Shown here in pieces: positions 1 through 10,275 of a stretch of DNA of 64,000 nt. The position numbers and the translations under genes are program-made. Location: assembly GCA_964574015.1 (NCBI GenBank), contig CAZNLP010000001.1:547-64546 (forward strand), written 5' to 3'. Origin of the DNA: an uncultured Clostridia bacterium. Its GTDB lineage: Bacteria > Bacillota > Clostridia > Tissierellales > Dethiosulfatibacteraceae. How positions within the stretch are numbered: the stretch's first letter is position 1; each line of letters starts with the position of its first letter. The notes under the pieces are model-generated. The model saw only the letters and a program-made list of their open reading frames with translations, did not search any database and was not told the origin of the DNA.

Positions 1-2
1 AG

Positions 3-272
3 AGGATTAATTCAAAAAAATCAACAATAGATTTTGAAGAATATATAGAAAAAGAAGAAGCTATATGGGAACATCTAATCTTAGGTTTAAGAAAAACAGA
101 AGGAATTAATATAAAAAGTTTTGAAGAAAAATATAGTATATCAGTTAATAAATATAAAAATAAATTTGAAGACCTGGAAAAAAAAGGTTTAATAAATTGG
201 TCTGATAAAAGTTTGAAGTTGACAAGAAAAGGTATGGATTTATCTAATTATGTTTTTGTATTGTTAAAATAA
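3..272 (+). CDS. hemW: Radical SAM family heme chaperone HemW (HemN-like), C-terminal fragment; 5' end lies outside the window
   Basis: Frame 3 is open from the window edge to TAA at 270-272. The translation (...AIWEHLILGLRKTEGINIKSFEEKYS...LTRKGMDLSNYVFVLLK) looks like a HemN_C domain. The position directly upstream of hrcA matches Firmicute synteny. Confidence 0.7.
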   Translation, partial: RINSKKSTIDFEEYIEKEEAIWEHLILGLRKTEGINIKSFEEKYSISVNKYKNKFEDLEKKGLINWSDKSLKLTRKGMDLSNYVFVLLK

Positions 273-293
273 GGTAAAAAAGTCTAATAATAC

Positions 294-322
294 TTGACAA
301 AACTATCTGATAGTAGTATCTT
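294..322 (+). promoter_or_regulatory. SigA-type promoter of the hrcA-dnaK operon (TTGACA-17 nt-TATCTT)
   Basis: TTGACA at 294-299, 17-nt spacer, TATCTT at 317-322. CIRCE lies just downstream. Confidence 0.45.
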
Positions 323-334
323 AATGACAAGGCC

Positions 335-361
335 TTAGCACTCATTAATCAAGAGTGCTAA
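335..361 (+). promoter_or_regulatory. CIRCE operator (HrcA binding site)
   Basis: TTAGCACTC-ATTAATCAA-GAGTGCTAA is a perfect match to the CIRCE consensus TTAGCACTC-N9-GAGTGCTAA. It lies 17 nt upstream of hrcA. Confidence 0.95.
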
Positions 362-377
362 TAGAGAGGGTGATATA

Positions 378-1433
378 ATGGAACTCAATAAAAGAAAAAT
401 TGAAATATTGAAGGCTATAATTCACAGTTATATAGAAGAAGGAGAAGCTATCGGCTCTAGGACTTTATCTAAAAAATATGATTTAGGAGTAAGTTCAGCG
501 ACGATAAGAAATGAAATGTCAGATTTGGAAGACCTCGGGTATCTTATTAAACCTCATACATCAGCTGGTAGAGTACCTAGTGATAAAGCCTATCGATTGT
601 ATGTTGATAATATATTAATAAATAAAGGAAAAACCAAATATCACAGACAAATAAAAAAGATTTTACAAGATGAAATTAGTGAAATGGATATGTTTTTAAG
701 AAACTCTAGCAGAATATTGGCTCAATTAACAAAATATACATCTTTAATAATTGCGCCTCAATTTAAAAAATCTAGATTAAAACATGTACAACTTGTATCA
801 GTATCAAAAAACAAGGTTTTAATTGTAATGATTATGCAAAATAATATTGTTAAAAATGTTATTTTGAATTTAAAAACACCAATACCTGAACAACAGCTAA
901 ATAAAATTTCAAATTTACTTAATAAAAAACTTACAGGGTTAAGATTAGAGAAGATTGACATAGAATTAAAACAGAGAATAAAACAAGAAATTTATTCTAT
1001 TAGAAATAAATATGATCAAAAAATTGATGAATTGATGCATCTGCTTATAAATAATTTGAATGAATACAATAAAGTTGACGTTTATAGTGATGGATTAAAT
1101 AATATGCTTAATTTCCCTGAGTATAACGATACTGAAAAAATAAGAGAATTTTTATCTTTTGTAGAAGATAAAGATAATATAGCCAAACTCCTGTTAAAAA
1201 ATACTGGAGAAGATCTTGACATAACAATTGGACATGAAAATATTTTTGATGAAATAAGAAAGTGCAGTTTAATAACAGCAACTTATAAATTTAATGGTAT
1301 AACTGTTGGTAAATTAGGAGTAATCGGACCTACTAGAATGGATTATGAAACAGCGATACCAATAGTAAAGGCACTATCTTATAATATAAATGAAGTAATA
1401 GAAAAAAACTTTAAAGACCAAAATAAGGAGTGA
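378..1433 (+). CDS. hrcA: Heat-inducible transcription repressor HrcA
   Basis: N-terminal winged-helix signature (RKIEILKAIIHSYIEEGEAIGSRTLSKKY...SSATIRNEMSDLEDLGYL..HTSAGRVPSDKAYRLYVD). CIRCE lies upstream and grpE-dnaK-dnaJ downstream. Confidence 0.95.
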   Translation: MELNKRKIEILKAIIHSYIEEGEAIGSRTLSKKYDLGVSSATIRNEMSDLEDLGYLIKPHTSAGRVPSDKAYRLYVDNILINKGKTKYHRQIKKILQDEISEMDMFLRNSSRILAQLTKYTSLIIAPQFKKSRLKHVQLVSVSKNKVLIVMIMQNNIVKNVILNLKTPIPEQQLNKISNLLNKKLTGLRLEKIDIELKQRIKQEIYSIRNKYDQKIDELMHLLINNLNEYNKVDVYSDGLNNMLNFPEYNDTEKIREFLSFVEDKDNIAKLLLKNTGEDLDITIGHENIFDEIRKCSLITATYKFNGITVGKLGVIGPTRMDYETAIPIVKALSYNINEVIEKNFKDQNKE

Positions 1434-1438
1434 TGACT

Positions 1439-2065
1439 ATGGATAAAAAAGACAAAGACGACAAGGATATTAAAGAAGATTCAAAAGATTTAAAGTCTCA
1501 GAGTGAAAATGAAAAAAAGGAAAAAACAAAATCAGATAAAAAAGTAAAAAAAGATAAAAATTCAAAGAAAAATAAAAAAGACAAAGACAATGATATTGAA
1601 GAAAAGCAAGATAACACAGACGATGAATCAAAAAGTGAAGAGTTTTATGAAAAAAGAATAGAAGAAATAAATAATAAGCTGCTTAGACTACAAGCGGACT
1701 TTTTAAATTATAAAACTCGAACCGAAAAAGAAAAAATAAAGTATTACAATGATGCAGTTGAAGATTTAGTGTGCGAGATGCTTCCTATATTGGACAACTT
1801 CGAAAGAGCTCTTGAAAATAAAGAGTCGGATGAAAACTTATTTAAAGGAGTTGAAATGATACTTAATCAATTCAAATCTATGTTAAAAAAATTCGGAGTT
1901 AAAGAGATAGAAGCATTAGGTAAAAAATTTGATCCTAATTTACATCATGGTGTTACAACAGAAGAGACAGAAGAAGACGAGGATATTGTTTTAGAAGTAT
2001 TTCAAAAAGGATACAAATTAAAAGATAAAGTTATTAGACCAAGTATGGTTAAAATATCAAAATAA
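1439..2065 (+). CDS. grpE: Nucleotide exchange factor GrpE, with a long K/D/E-rich N-terminal tail
   Basis: GrpE core is present (LRLQADFLNYKTRTEKEK...LPILDNFERAL...IRPSMVKISK). The ORF opens at GTG 1430. ATG 1439 sits 8 nt after AGGAG (1426-1430) and is the likelier start. Confidence 0.92.
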   Translation: MDKKDKDDKDIKEDSKDLKSQSENEKKEKTKSDKKVKKDKNSKKNKKDKDNDIEEKQDNTDDESKSEEFYEKRIEEINNKLLRLQADFLNYKTRTEKEKIKYYNDAVEDLVCEMLPILDNFERALENKESDENLFKGVEMILNQFKSMLKKFGVKEIEALGKKFDPNLHHGVTTEETEEDEDIVLEVFQKGYKLKDKVIRPSMVKISK

Positions 2066-2078
2066 GGAGGAATAAATT

Positions 2079-3947
2079 ATGAGCAAAGTAATAGGAATTG
2101 ACTTAGGAACAACAAACTCATGTATAGCAGTTATGGAAGGTGGAGAATCAACAATAATTACAAATTCAGAAGGAAAAAGAACAACTCCTTCAGTTGTTGC
2201 CTTTGCAAAAGACGGAGAAAGATTAGTAGGAGAAACAGCAAAAAGACAAGCAGTAACTAATCCAGACAATACAGTAGAATCCATAAAAAGACACATGGGT
2301 AGTGATCATAAAGTAAAAATAGGTGGTAAAACATATACACCCCAAGATATATCTGCATTTATACTACAAAAATTAAAAGCAGATGCAGAAAGCTATTTAG
2401 GAGAGAAGGTAGAAGAAGCTGTAATAACAGTACCGGCTTATTTTACTGATAGTCAGAGACAGGCTACAAAAGACGCTGGTAAAATAGCAGGTCTTAAGGT
2501 AAAAAGAATCATTAATGAACCAACAGCTGCTTCTCTTGCCTACGGAATAGATAAAGAAGAAGAAATGCAAACTATAATGGTTTACGACCTTGGTGGAGGA
2601 ACATTTGATGTTTCTTTATTAGAAATCGGAGATGGTGTTTTTGAGGTTAAAGCAACTAACGGGAATAATCATTTAGGTGGAGATGACTTTGATAAAGTAA
2701 TAGTAGATTATATTGCTGATGAATTCAAAAAAGATACTGGAGTAGACTTAAGAAAAGATAGAATGGCTCTACAAAGACTTAATGAAGCAGCAGAAAATGC
2801 TAAAAAAGAGTTATCATCAACTATGTCTACTAATATAAATTTACCTTTTATCACAGCAACACAGGATGGACCACAACATTTGAATATGGATATAACAAGA
2901 TCTAAATTTAACGAATTAACAGGACACTTAGTAGATAAAACTATAGATCCAATGAAAAAAGCATTGTCAGATGCCAAACTATCATCAGAGGATATAGATA
3001 AAGTTATACTTGTAGGAGGATCTACAAGAATACCTGCAGTACAAGAAGCGGTTAAAAGTATAACAAAAAAAGATCCTCACAAAGGAATAAATCCTGATGA
3101 GTGTGTAGCTTTAGGTGCAGCAATTCAAGGTGGAGTATTATCTGGAGAATTTGGAAAGGATATACTACTTGTAGATGTAACACCATTGTCATTAGGAATA
3201 GAAACAGTAGGTGGAGTATTTACAAAACTTATAGAAAGAAACACAAGAATACCTACCAAAAAAAGTCAGGTGTTCTCTACAGCTGCAGACAATCAGACTG
3301 CAGTAGATGTGCACGTACTTCAAGGTGAAAGACAAATGGCTAAAGATAATATTTCCCTTGGGAGATTTCAGCTAGATGGAATACCACCAGCACCACGAGG
3401 AGTTCCACAAATAGAAGTAACCTTTGATATAGATGCTAATGGTATCGTAAATGTTCATGCAAAAGACAAAGGAACAGGAAAAGAACAAAACATTACTATC
3501 ACAGCGACCACAAATTTATCAGATGATGAGATTGATAAAAAAGTAAAAGAAGCTGAGCAATTTGCTGAAGAAGATAAAAAGAAAAAAGAAGAAGTTGAAA
3601 CTGTGAATAAAGCTGACAATCTAATTTATCAGACTGAAAAAAGCATGAAAGATTTAGGAGATAAATTGTCAGAAGAAGAAAAAGAAAAAGTAAATAGTAA
3701 AAAAGATGAGTTGAAAAAAGCTTTAGAATCTAATAATATAGAAGATATAAAAGAAAAAACCGATGAGTTGACAGAAGAATTTAATAAAATTGCAGAAAAA
3801 ATATATCAACAAGAAGCACAAAATCAAGCAAACCAACAACCTGAAGGAGAACAAAATCAGGGAGGGCAACAAGAAAATCAAGAAGATGATGATGTTGTAG
3901 ATGCAGACTATGAAGTAGTAGACGAAGATGAAGAAAATGATGAATAA
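2079..3947 (+). CDS. dnaK: Molecular chaperone DnaK (Hsp70)
   Basis: Canonical Hsp70 motifs are present ([38 protein letters not shown]). Confidence 0.99.
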   Translation: MSKVIGIDLGTTNSCIAVMEGGESTIITNSEGKRTTPSVVAFAKDGERLVGETAKRQAVTNPDNTVESIKRHMGSDHKVKIGGKTYTPQDISAFILQKLKADAESYLGEKVEEAVITVPAYFTDSQRQATKDAGKIAGLKVKRIINEPTAASLAYGIDKEEEMQTIMVYDLGGGTFDVSLLEIGDGVFEVKATNGNNHLGGDDFDKVIVDYIADEFKKDTGVDLRKDRMALQRLNEAAENAKKELSSTMSTNINLPFITATQDGPQHLNMDITRSKFNELTGHLVDKTIDPMKKALSDAKLSSEDIDKVILVGGSTRIPAVQEAVKSITKKDPHKGINPDECVALGAAIQGGVLSGEFGKDILLVDVTPLSLGIETVGGVFTKLIERNTRIPTKKSQVFSTAADNQTAVDVHVLQGERQMAKDNISLGRFQLDGIPPAPRGVPQIEVTFDIDANGIVNVHAKDKGTGKEQNITITATTNLSDDEIDKKVKEAEQFAEEDKKKKEEVETVNKADNLIYQTEKSMKDLGDKLSEEEKEKVNSKKDELKKALESNNIEDIKEKTDELTEEFNKIAEKIYQQEAQNQANQQPEGEQNQGGQQENQEDDDVVDADYEVVDEDEENDE

Positions 3948-3978
3948 AGCTAAATCATATGATTTAGCTTTACTTTTT
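3946..3978 (+). terminator. Hairpin plus T-run between dnaK and dnaJ; probable partial terminator or attenuator
   Basis: AAAGCTAAATC-ATAT-GATTTAGCTTT is a perfect 11-bp stem, followed by ACTTTTT. Confidence 0.5.
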
Positions 3979-3995
3979 AACGGTGGTGAAGTAGT

Positions 3996-5117
3996 ATGAG
4001 CAAAAAAGATTATTATGATATTCTTGATGTTGATAAAAATGCAGACCAACAGGAAATAAAAAGAGCATTTAGAAAACTTGCTAAAAAATATCATCCGGAT
4101 TTAAATCCGGATGACCAGGGTTCGGAAGTTAAATTTAAAGAAGTTAATGAAGCTTATGAAGTTTTAAGCGATGAGGAAAAAAGAAAGAAATATGACCAAT
4201 TTGGTCATGCGGCATTTGAGCAAGATCAAGGTTTTGGTGGCGGAGGAAGCTATCAAGGTTTTGATGACATATTTGGTGACATATTTGGCGATTTCTTTGG
4301 AGGAGGAGCTGGCAGAAGAAGAAGTGGTCCTAAAAAAGGTCAGGATTTAAAAATAAGATTAAATATAAGCTTTGAAGAAGCGGCTTTTGGAACTAAAAAA
4401 GAAATTAAAATTAACAGAATGGAAGAATGTTCTAAATGTAATGGTACCGGAGCTGAACCTGGAACAAATAAAAAAACATGTCCTACATGCAGCGGAAGTG
4501 GTAGCGTAAGAACTGTACAGAATACACCATTTGGAAGATTCCAAAATGTTAGCACATGCCCTAAATGCAACGGTACAGGTGAAATAATTGAAGAACCGTG
4601 TACTCAATGTCGAGGAACGGGTAAAGAAAAAAAATCAAGAAAAGTAACTATAAATATACCAGCTGGAGTCGACAATGGATCTATAATTCCTCTTAGAGGC
4701 GAAGGTAACCATGGAGAAAAAGGAGCCCCTAGCGGAGATTTATATGTATATTTGAGCGTAAAATCTCATAAAATTTTTGAAAGAGATGGATATGATATAT
4801 GGTTAGAAAAGAAAATATCCTTTCCAACAGCAGCTTTAGGAAATATAATAAAAGTAGAAACTTTAGAAGGTACTGTAAAATATAAGATACCAGCAGGAAC
4901 TCAAACAGGGACAGTTTTTAGACTAAAAAATAAAGGAATTCAAAAACTCAGAGGTTCAGGCAAAGGTGACCAGTATGTAAAAGTCCTGGTAGATATTCCT
5001 AAAGACTTAAATAAAAAACAAAGCCAATTAATTAAAGACTTAGCTGATGAGTTTGGAGAAAAAATTGAACCACAAAAAAAAAATATAATTGATAAAGTTA
5101 AAGATGCATTCAATTAA
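3996..5117 (+). CDS. dnaJ: Co-chaperone DnaJ (Hsp40)
   Basis: J-domain with HPD (KKYHPDLNP), a G/F-rich linker and four CxxCxGxG zinc-finger repeats. Confidence 0.98.
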   Translation: MSKKDYYDILDVDKNADQQEIKRAFRKLAKKYHPDLNPDDQGSEVKFKEVNEAYEVLSDEEKRKKYDQFGHAAFEQDQGFGGGGSYQGFDDIFGDIFGDFFGGGAGRRRSGPKKGQDLKIRLNISFEEAAFGTKKEIKINRMEECSKCNGTGAEPGTNKKTCPTCSGSGSVRTVQNTPFGRFQNVSTCPKCNGTGEIIEEPCTQCRGTGKEKKSRKVTINIPAGVDNGSIIPLRGEGNHGEKGAPSGDLYVYLSVKSHKIFERDGYDIWLEKKISFPTAALGNIIKVETLEGTVKYKIPAGTQTGTVFRLKNKGIQKLRGSGKGDQYVKVLVDIPKDLNKKQSQLIKDLADEFGEKIEPQKKNIIDKVKDAFN

Positions 5118-5131
5118 GGAGGGTGTTTTAT

Positions 5132-6076
5132 TTGAAATGGATTGAGATTATTGTAAAAACCACTGCAGAACAGGAAGAAGTTGTGACAAACATACTCTAT
5201 GAAGCTGATGTTCAAGGAATTGTAATAGAAGATTATCAAGATGTTTTAAATCTAGAAAAAAATAAAGAAGAATGGGATATAGTAGATGAGGATTTAATAA
5301 ACAACTATTATGAGGGAATTGTAATTAAAGGCTATCTTGAAGAAGAAACAGGAGTTCAAGAAAAGGTTGATTTTGTCAAAGAAAAAATACACAGCTTACC
5401 TAGATATGATCTTAATATTAAAACGACGGAAGTTAAGGTTAATACAATAGAAGAAATTGATTGGAATCTGGAGTGGAAAAAAAATTTCAAACCATTTGAA
5501 GTTGGGAAAAACATCCTCATTAAACCATCATGGGAAAAAGTAGAAAATAAAAAAAATAAAATCATAATAGATATAGATCCAGGAATGGCCTTTGGAACTG
5601 GAACCCACTGTACAACATTGCTATGTCTAGAAGCTTTAGAAAAATATATTGAAGAAGACGATATTGTTTACGATATAGGAACTGGAAGTGGTATACTTTC
5701 AATTGCTGCATGTAAACTTGGTGGAAGAGCAATTGGAATTGATATTGATGAGGATTCTGTTAGAACAGCTAAAGAAAATGTTAGAATAAATAAATGTAGT
5801 AAAAAAGTAAAAATTTTAAAAGGAAATCTTCTTAATAAAATCAAGGAAGAAGCAGATATAATAGTTTCAAACATAATTGCTGATGCTATAATCAACATGA
5901 GTGGCAAATTAAATGATTACTTAAAAACAGATGGATTATTTATAGCTTCAGGTATACTTGAAACAAAAGAAAAAGAAGTTCTAGAAGTTTTAAAAGCCAA
6001 CAAGTTTAAAATCATTGAATCAAAAAAAATGGACGAATGGATATGTGTAGTGGCAAGGAAAGGAAACAATGAATAG
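5132..6076 (+). CDS. prmA: Ribosomal protein L11 methyltransferase PrmA
   Basis: KWIEI... N-terminus, DPGMAFGTGTHCTT and DIGTGSGILSIAA SAM motif. The ORF opens at GTG 5123. TTG 5132 lies 9 nt after AGGAGG (5117-5122) and gives the usual MKW start. Confidence 0.88.
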   Translation: MKWIEIIVKTTAEQEEVVTNILYEADVQGIVIEDYQDVLNLEKNKEEWDIVDEDLINNYYEGIVIKGYLEEETGVQEKVDFVKEKIHSLPRYDLNIKTTEVKVNTIEEIDWNLEWKKNFKPFEVGKNILIKPSWEKVENKKNKIIIDIDPGMAFGTGTHCTTLLCLEALEKYIEEDDIVYDIGTGSGILSIAACKLGGRAIGIDIDEDSVRTAKENVRINKCSKKVKILKGNLLNKIKEEADIIVSNIIADAIINMSGKLNDYLKTDGLFIASGILETKEKEVLEVLKANKFKIIESKKMDEWICVVARKGNNE

Positions 6077-6818
6077 ATTTTTTGTAAATAAAGATGAATC
6101 AGGTAGAATAATACTTTCAGGAGAAGATTATAAACATGCAAAGAAAGTACTTAGACTTGATATAAAAGATAAAATTTATGTTGTTTTAGATAATAAAGAA
6201 TACATAGGTATGATTTCTGAAGATAGAGACAGTAGCTTTGTATTAGAGATTACTAAAACGACAGAAGTATCAAGAGAACCTGATGTATGTATTCATATTT
6301 ATCAATCAATGCCTAAATCAAGCAAAATGGATTATATTATTCAAAAAAATGTAGAATTAGGTGTAAAAAAATTAACTCCTATTATAAGTAATAGGAGTTT
6401 AATTAAGATAAAAAACCATAAAAAAGAGAAGAAAAAACTGGAAAGATGGATTAAAATATCAGAAGAAGCAGCAAAACAATCCATGAGAAATACAATTCCA
6501 GAAATAAATGGGATACTATCGTTTGATGAGATGATAAAAGAATTAAAGGAATCAATACAAGAAAATGATGTGGAAGTTATTGTGCCTTATGAAAATGAAA
6601 ACATTAAAAGTACTAAAGATTTAGACTACAAAAAGAAAAATTTTTCAGTAGTTATTGGACCTGAAGGTGGATTTGAAGAAAGCGAAATTCATAAACTTAT
6701 AGATATAGGAGCTGTACCAATAACATTAGGACCTAGAATATTGAGAAGTGAAACAGCAGCTTTGGCTTTAAGTACTGTAATTCTTCATGAAACAAATAAT
6801 ATGAGGAGAGAATCATGA
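6069..6818 (+). CDS. rsmE: 16S rRNA (uracil1498-N3)-methyltransferase RsmE
   Basis: RsmE/YqeU-like sequence (MNRFFV..., VIGPEGGFEESEI..., LGPRILRSETAALA). Same position as B. subtilis yqeU. Confidence 0.9.
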   Translation: MNRFFVNKDESGRIILSGEDYKHAKKVLRLDIKDKIYVVLDNKEYIGMISEDRDSSFVLEITKTTEVSREPDVCIHIYQSMPKSSKMDYIIQKNVELGVKKLTPIISNRSLIKIKNHKKEKKKLERWIKISEEAAKQSMRNTIPEINGILSFDEMIKELKESIQENDVEVIVPYENENIKSTKDLDYKKKNFSVVIGPEGGFEESEIHKLIDIGAVPITLGPRILRSETAALALSTVILHETNNMRRES

Positions 6819-8098
6819 AAGTAGCATTCTATACATTAGGCTGTAAGGTTAATCAATATGAAACTGAAGCAATGAAAAATTTGTTTAAAAATAATGAATT
6901 TCAAATAGTTGAAGAAAATAATGAAGCAGATGTATTTATTATTAATTCATGTACTGTAACAAGTGCAAGTGATAGAAAAACTAGACAAATGATTAGGAAA
7001 TTTAAAAAGAGCAACGATAGTTCAATTATGATACTTACTGGATGCTACAGCCAGAATCATGCAGATGAGTTGAAAAATAATGAAAATATAGATATAATAA
7101 TAGGTACAAAAGAAAAAAGTAAAATATTAGAAATCACAAATGATTTTATTAAAAATCATACTAAACATTTTAAAATAAAGGAATTTCAAAGGAAAGAGGA
7201 ATACGAAGAGTTTGATATTATAGATTGGGAGTCAAGAACCAGAGCAAACATTAAAATACAAGATGGTTGTAATCAATACTGCTCATATTGCATTATTCCA
7301 TACGTTAGAGGACCAAGCAGAAGTAGAGATCGAGAAGAAATAATTAAAGAAATAATAAATTTATCCAACAAAAATTACAAAGAAATTATTGTGAATGGAA
7401 TAAACCTTACAGCATTGGGAAAAGATGACGAAAAAGGAAGCTTAGTAGATTTAATTAAAGAAATAGATAAATTAAATATTAATTCCAGAATTAGATTTGG
7501 TTCTTTAGAAGCTAATATAATAAATGAAGAAATGATGAGAATAATTGCTGGTAATTCAACTTTTGCGAAACATTTTCACCTATCATTGCAGAGTGGTTCA
7601 AATTCTGTATTGAAAAGAATGAACAGAAATTATACAAAAGAAGATTTTTATAAAAAAGTAAAATTAATCAGAAAATATATGCCTGATTGCGGTATAACTA
7701 CAGATATAATAGTAGGGTTTCCTGGTGAAACTGATGAAGAATTTAATGAATCATATGAATTTGTTGAGAAAGTAGCTTTTTCTAGAATCCATGTTTTTAA
7801 ATTTTCACCAAGGGAAGGTACAAGAGCCTACAGAATGAAAGATAGGATAAACGGAAAAATCAAAAACAAAAGAAGCAAAAAAATGATTGATTTAGGAGAT
7901 AGACTTGAAAAAGACTTCTGCCACAAATTTTTAGGTGAAGAAGTAGAAGTTCTTTTCGAAACAAAAGATGAAGAAGGATATTATGAAGGTTATACAAGCA
8001 ATTATATACACTTTAAACTAAAAAGTGATATAAATTTAGAAAATAAGTTGGAAAAACATTTTGTACAAAATGTTTTTGATAAAACACTATATGGATAG
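6815..8098 (+). CDS. mtaB: tRNA t6A37 methylthiotransferase MtaB (radical SAM)
   Basis: MKVAFYTLGCKVNQYETEAM UPF0004 domain, CNQYCSYCIIP radical-SAM cluster and a TRAM-like C-terminus. ATGA overlap with rsmE. Confidence 0.9.
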   Translation: MKVAFYTLGCKVNQYETEAMKNLFKNNEFQIVEENNEADVFIINSCTVTSASDRKTRQMIRKFKKSNDSSIMILTGCYSQNHADELKNNENIDIIIGTKEKSKILEITNDFIKNHTKHFKIKEFQRKEEYEEFDIIDWESRTRANIKIQDGCNQYCSYCIIPYVRGPSRSRDREEIIKEIINLSNKNYKEIIVNGINLTALGKDDEKGSLVDLIKEIDKLNINSRIRFGSLEANIINEEMMRIIAGNSTFAKHFHLSLQSGSNSVLKRMNRNYTKEDFYKKVKLIRKYMPDCGITTDIIVGFPGETDEEFNESYEFVEKVAFSRIHVFKFSPREGTRAYRMKDRINGKIKNKRSKKMIDLGDRLEKDFCHKFLGEEVEVLFETKDEEGYYEGYTSNYIHFKLKSDINLENKLEKHFVQNVFDKTLYG

Positions 8099-8108
8099 TG
8101 GAGGTGAA

Positions 8109-8456
8109 ATGGTGAAGGATTGTATTTTTTGCAAAATAATTAAAAATGAAATCCCGTCAGACAAAGTATATGAAGATGAGAAGATATTGGCTTTTCATGA
8201 TATAGAACCAGAAGCACCGGTTCATATACTAATAATACCAAAAAAACATATATCCAGTTTAAATGAAGTAAAAAAAGAGAACGCAGACGAAATTAGCTAT
8301 ATATTTACTAAAATTCCAGAAATAGCAAAAAAGCTTGGGGTAGAAGAGTCAGGATATAGAATTGTATCTAATTGCGGAGAGGATGCATTACAAACTGTAG
8401 ATCATATACATTTTCATATGCTCGGGAAAAGAACTTTGAATTGGCCACCAGGATAA
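8109..8456 (+). CDS. HIT-family (histidine triad) nucleotide hydrolase
   Basis: CIFCKII...DKVYED..., HILIIPKKH, and the histidine triad HIHFHMLG. ATG 8109 follows GGAGGTGA. The upstream extension to 8061 overlaps mtaB. Confidence 0.85.
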   Translation: MVKDCIFCKIIKNEIPSDKVYEDEKILAFHDIEPEAPVHILIIPKKHISSLNEVKKENADEISYIFTKIPEIAKKLGVEESGYRIVSNCGEDALQTVDHIHFHMLGKRTLNWPPG

Positions 8457-8469
8457 TATAAAATAATTA

Positions 8470-8498
8470 TTGAAATTAATAGTTATATAATGTATAAT
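8470..8498 (+). promoter_or_regulatory. SigA-type promoter upstream of rpsU (TTGAAA-17 nt-TATAAT)
   Basis: TTGAAA at 8470-8475, 17-nt spacer, TATAAT at 8493-8498. Confidence 0.5.
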
Positions 8499-8549
8499 TA
8501 ACAAGTGTTTCAAGAAACATATCTATGCAGTATGAGAGGAGGGTAGCAA

Positions 8550-8735
8550 ATGACGGAAATTAAAGTAAGAGAAAACGAATCATTAGACAGCGCTCTCAAG
8601 AGATTTAAAAGACAATGTGCTATCACTGGCGTTCTTACAGAAGCTAGAAAAAGAGAACATTATGAGAAGCCAAGTGTAAAAAGAAAAAAGAAAGCTGAAG
8701 CAGCAAGAAGAAAACTTAAAAAGAAAACAAGATAA
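8550..8735 (+). CDS. rpsU: 30S ribosomal protein S21
   Basis: [23 protein letters not shown]...[12 protein letters not shown] is a typical S21 sequence. Confidence 0.95.
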   Translation: MTEIKVRENESLDSALKRFKRQCAITGVLTEARKREHYEKPSVKRKKKAEAARRKLKKKTR

Positions 8736-8751
8736 TCGAGGTGTATAATGC

Positions 8752-9195
8752 ATGTCTTTGAAACAAAGACTAATGGAAGATTTAAAAACTTCTATGAAAA
8801 CCAAAGACAAGACTAAAAAAAATGCTATTACCTTAATAAGATCGGCTATTAAGCAGCAGGAAGTTGACGAAAGAAAAGAGCTTAAGGATGAGGATATAAT
8901 AGATATTATATCAAAACAAATTAAGCAAAAGAAAAATAGTATAGATGATTTTAAAAAAGGAAATAGAGAAGACCTAATAGAATTAACAAATCAAGAAATT
9001 TCAATCTTAAGGAACTATATGCCGGAACAGCTTTCTGAAGAAGAACTTGAAGATATCATTAAAAAAGCTATTGATGAAACAAAGGCTGAAAGCAAAAAAG
9101 ATATTGGAAAAGTTATGAGCAAAGTAATGCCACAAATCAAAGGGAGAGCTGACGGGAGCAAAGTAAATAAAATTGTCATGAAATATTTGAATTAA
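8752..9195 (+). CDS. yqeY: GatB/YqeY domain protein
   Basis: MSLKQRLMEDLKTSMKTKDK...LRSAIKQQEVD is YqeY-like. It follows rpsU as in B. subtilis. Confidence 0.85.
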   Translation: MSLKQRLMEDLKTSMKTKDKTKKNAITLIRSAIKQQEVDERKELKDEDIIDIISKQIKQKKNSIDDFKKGNREDLIELTNQEISILRNYMPEQLSEEELEDIIKKAIDETKAESKKDIGKVMSKVMPQIKGRADGSKVNKIVMKYLN

Positions 9196-9197
9196 AA

Positions 9198-9226
9198 TAA
9201 GACCCCATTTGGGGTCTTAATTTAAT
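9198..9226 (+). terminator. Rho-independent terminator after yqeY
   Basis: AAGACCCCATTTGGGGTCTT is a GC-rich hairpin followed by an A/T-rich tail. Confidence 0.7.
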
Positions 9227-9291
9227 TCAAATAGAGTAGTATAAGCTCTTAAGATATGTTATTATATAAATAGTAAAATTGAGGAGGATTA

Positions 9292-10275
9292 ATGAATATA
9301 GAAGAAAAAACAATAGACTTAGAATCGAATAATATATATAGAGAACTTGCTGGCAACATGGACAAAAATTTTGGAGAAATATCAAAAGCTTATGATGTAG
9401 ACATTGTTTTTAGAGATAGTAAATTAAAAATAATGGGGAAAAAAGAAGATGTTGAAAGCTCTTTTAATATAATTAAAGAAATGATAAAAACTATAAAAAA
9501 AGAAGGATCTATTAATCAGCAGAAATTAAATTATCTTTTAGATTTATATATAGATAAATACAAAGGTAATTTAGATAGATTATTAAATGATATAGTTGCA
9601 TTAACAGCAAATGGAAGAACAATTAAGCCAAAAACATTAGGGCAAAAAAGATATATTGATAATATAAGACAAAATGACATTGTTTTTGGTATAGGTCCGG
9701 CTGGTACTGGAAAAACTTATCTTGCTGTTGCAATGGCTGTAAGTGCTTTTAGAAGAAAAGAAGTAGAAAGAATTATACTAACAAGACCTGCTGTAGAGGC
9801 AGGAGAAAAATTAGGGTTCTTACCTGGTGACATGCAGGATAAAGTTGATCCTTACTTGAGGCCACTTTATGATGCATTATTTGATATAATGGGACCTGAT
9901 AACTACATGAATAATTTAGAAAAAGGATTAATAGAGATAGCTCCATTAGCATATATGAGAGGAAGAACTATTGATTCTGCTTTTATAATACTAGATGAAG
10001 CTCAAAACACCACAAAAGAGCAGATGAAGATGTTTTTAACTAGATTAGGTTATGGTTCAAAAGCTATAGTTACAGGAGACGTAACGCAGGTTGATTTACC
10101 TCGAGGCAAAAAATCTGGACTTAAACAAGTTGAAAAAATCTTAAAAAATATTCCAGGCATAGGTTTTATGTATTTCGATAAAAAAGATGTAGTGAGACAT
10201 AATCTTGTTCAAAATATAATAAGCGCCTATGAGAAATACGAAGGTGGTAAAAAAACTGATGGAACTACTAATTGA
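9292..10275 (+). CDS. phoH: PhoH-family ATPase (YlaK/PhoH-like)
   Basis: Walker A GPAGTGKTYLAV, ILDEAQN, TGDVTQVDLP. Confidence 0.92.
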   Translation: MNIEEKTIDLESNNIYRELAGNMDKNFGEISKAYDVDIVFRDSKLKIMGKKEDVESSFNIIKEMIKTIKKEGSINQQKLNYLLDLYIDKYKGNLDRLLNDIVALTANGRTIKPKTLGQKRYIDNIRQNDIVFGIGPAGTGKTYLAVAMAVSAFRRKEVERIILTRPAVEAGEKLGFLPGDMQDKVDPYLRPLYDALFDIMGPDNYMNNLEKGLIEIAPLAYMRGRTIDSAFIILDEAQNTTKEQMKMFLTRLGYGSKAIVTGDVTQVDLPRGKKSGLKQVEKILKNIPGIGFMYFDKKDVVRHNLVQNIISAYEKYEGGKKTDGTTN

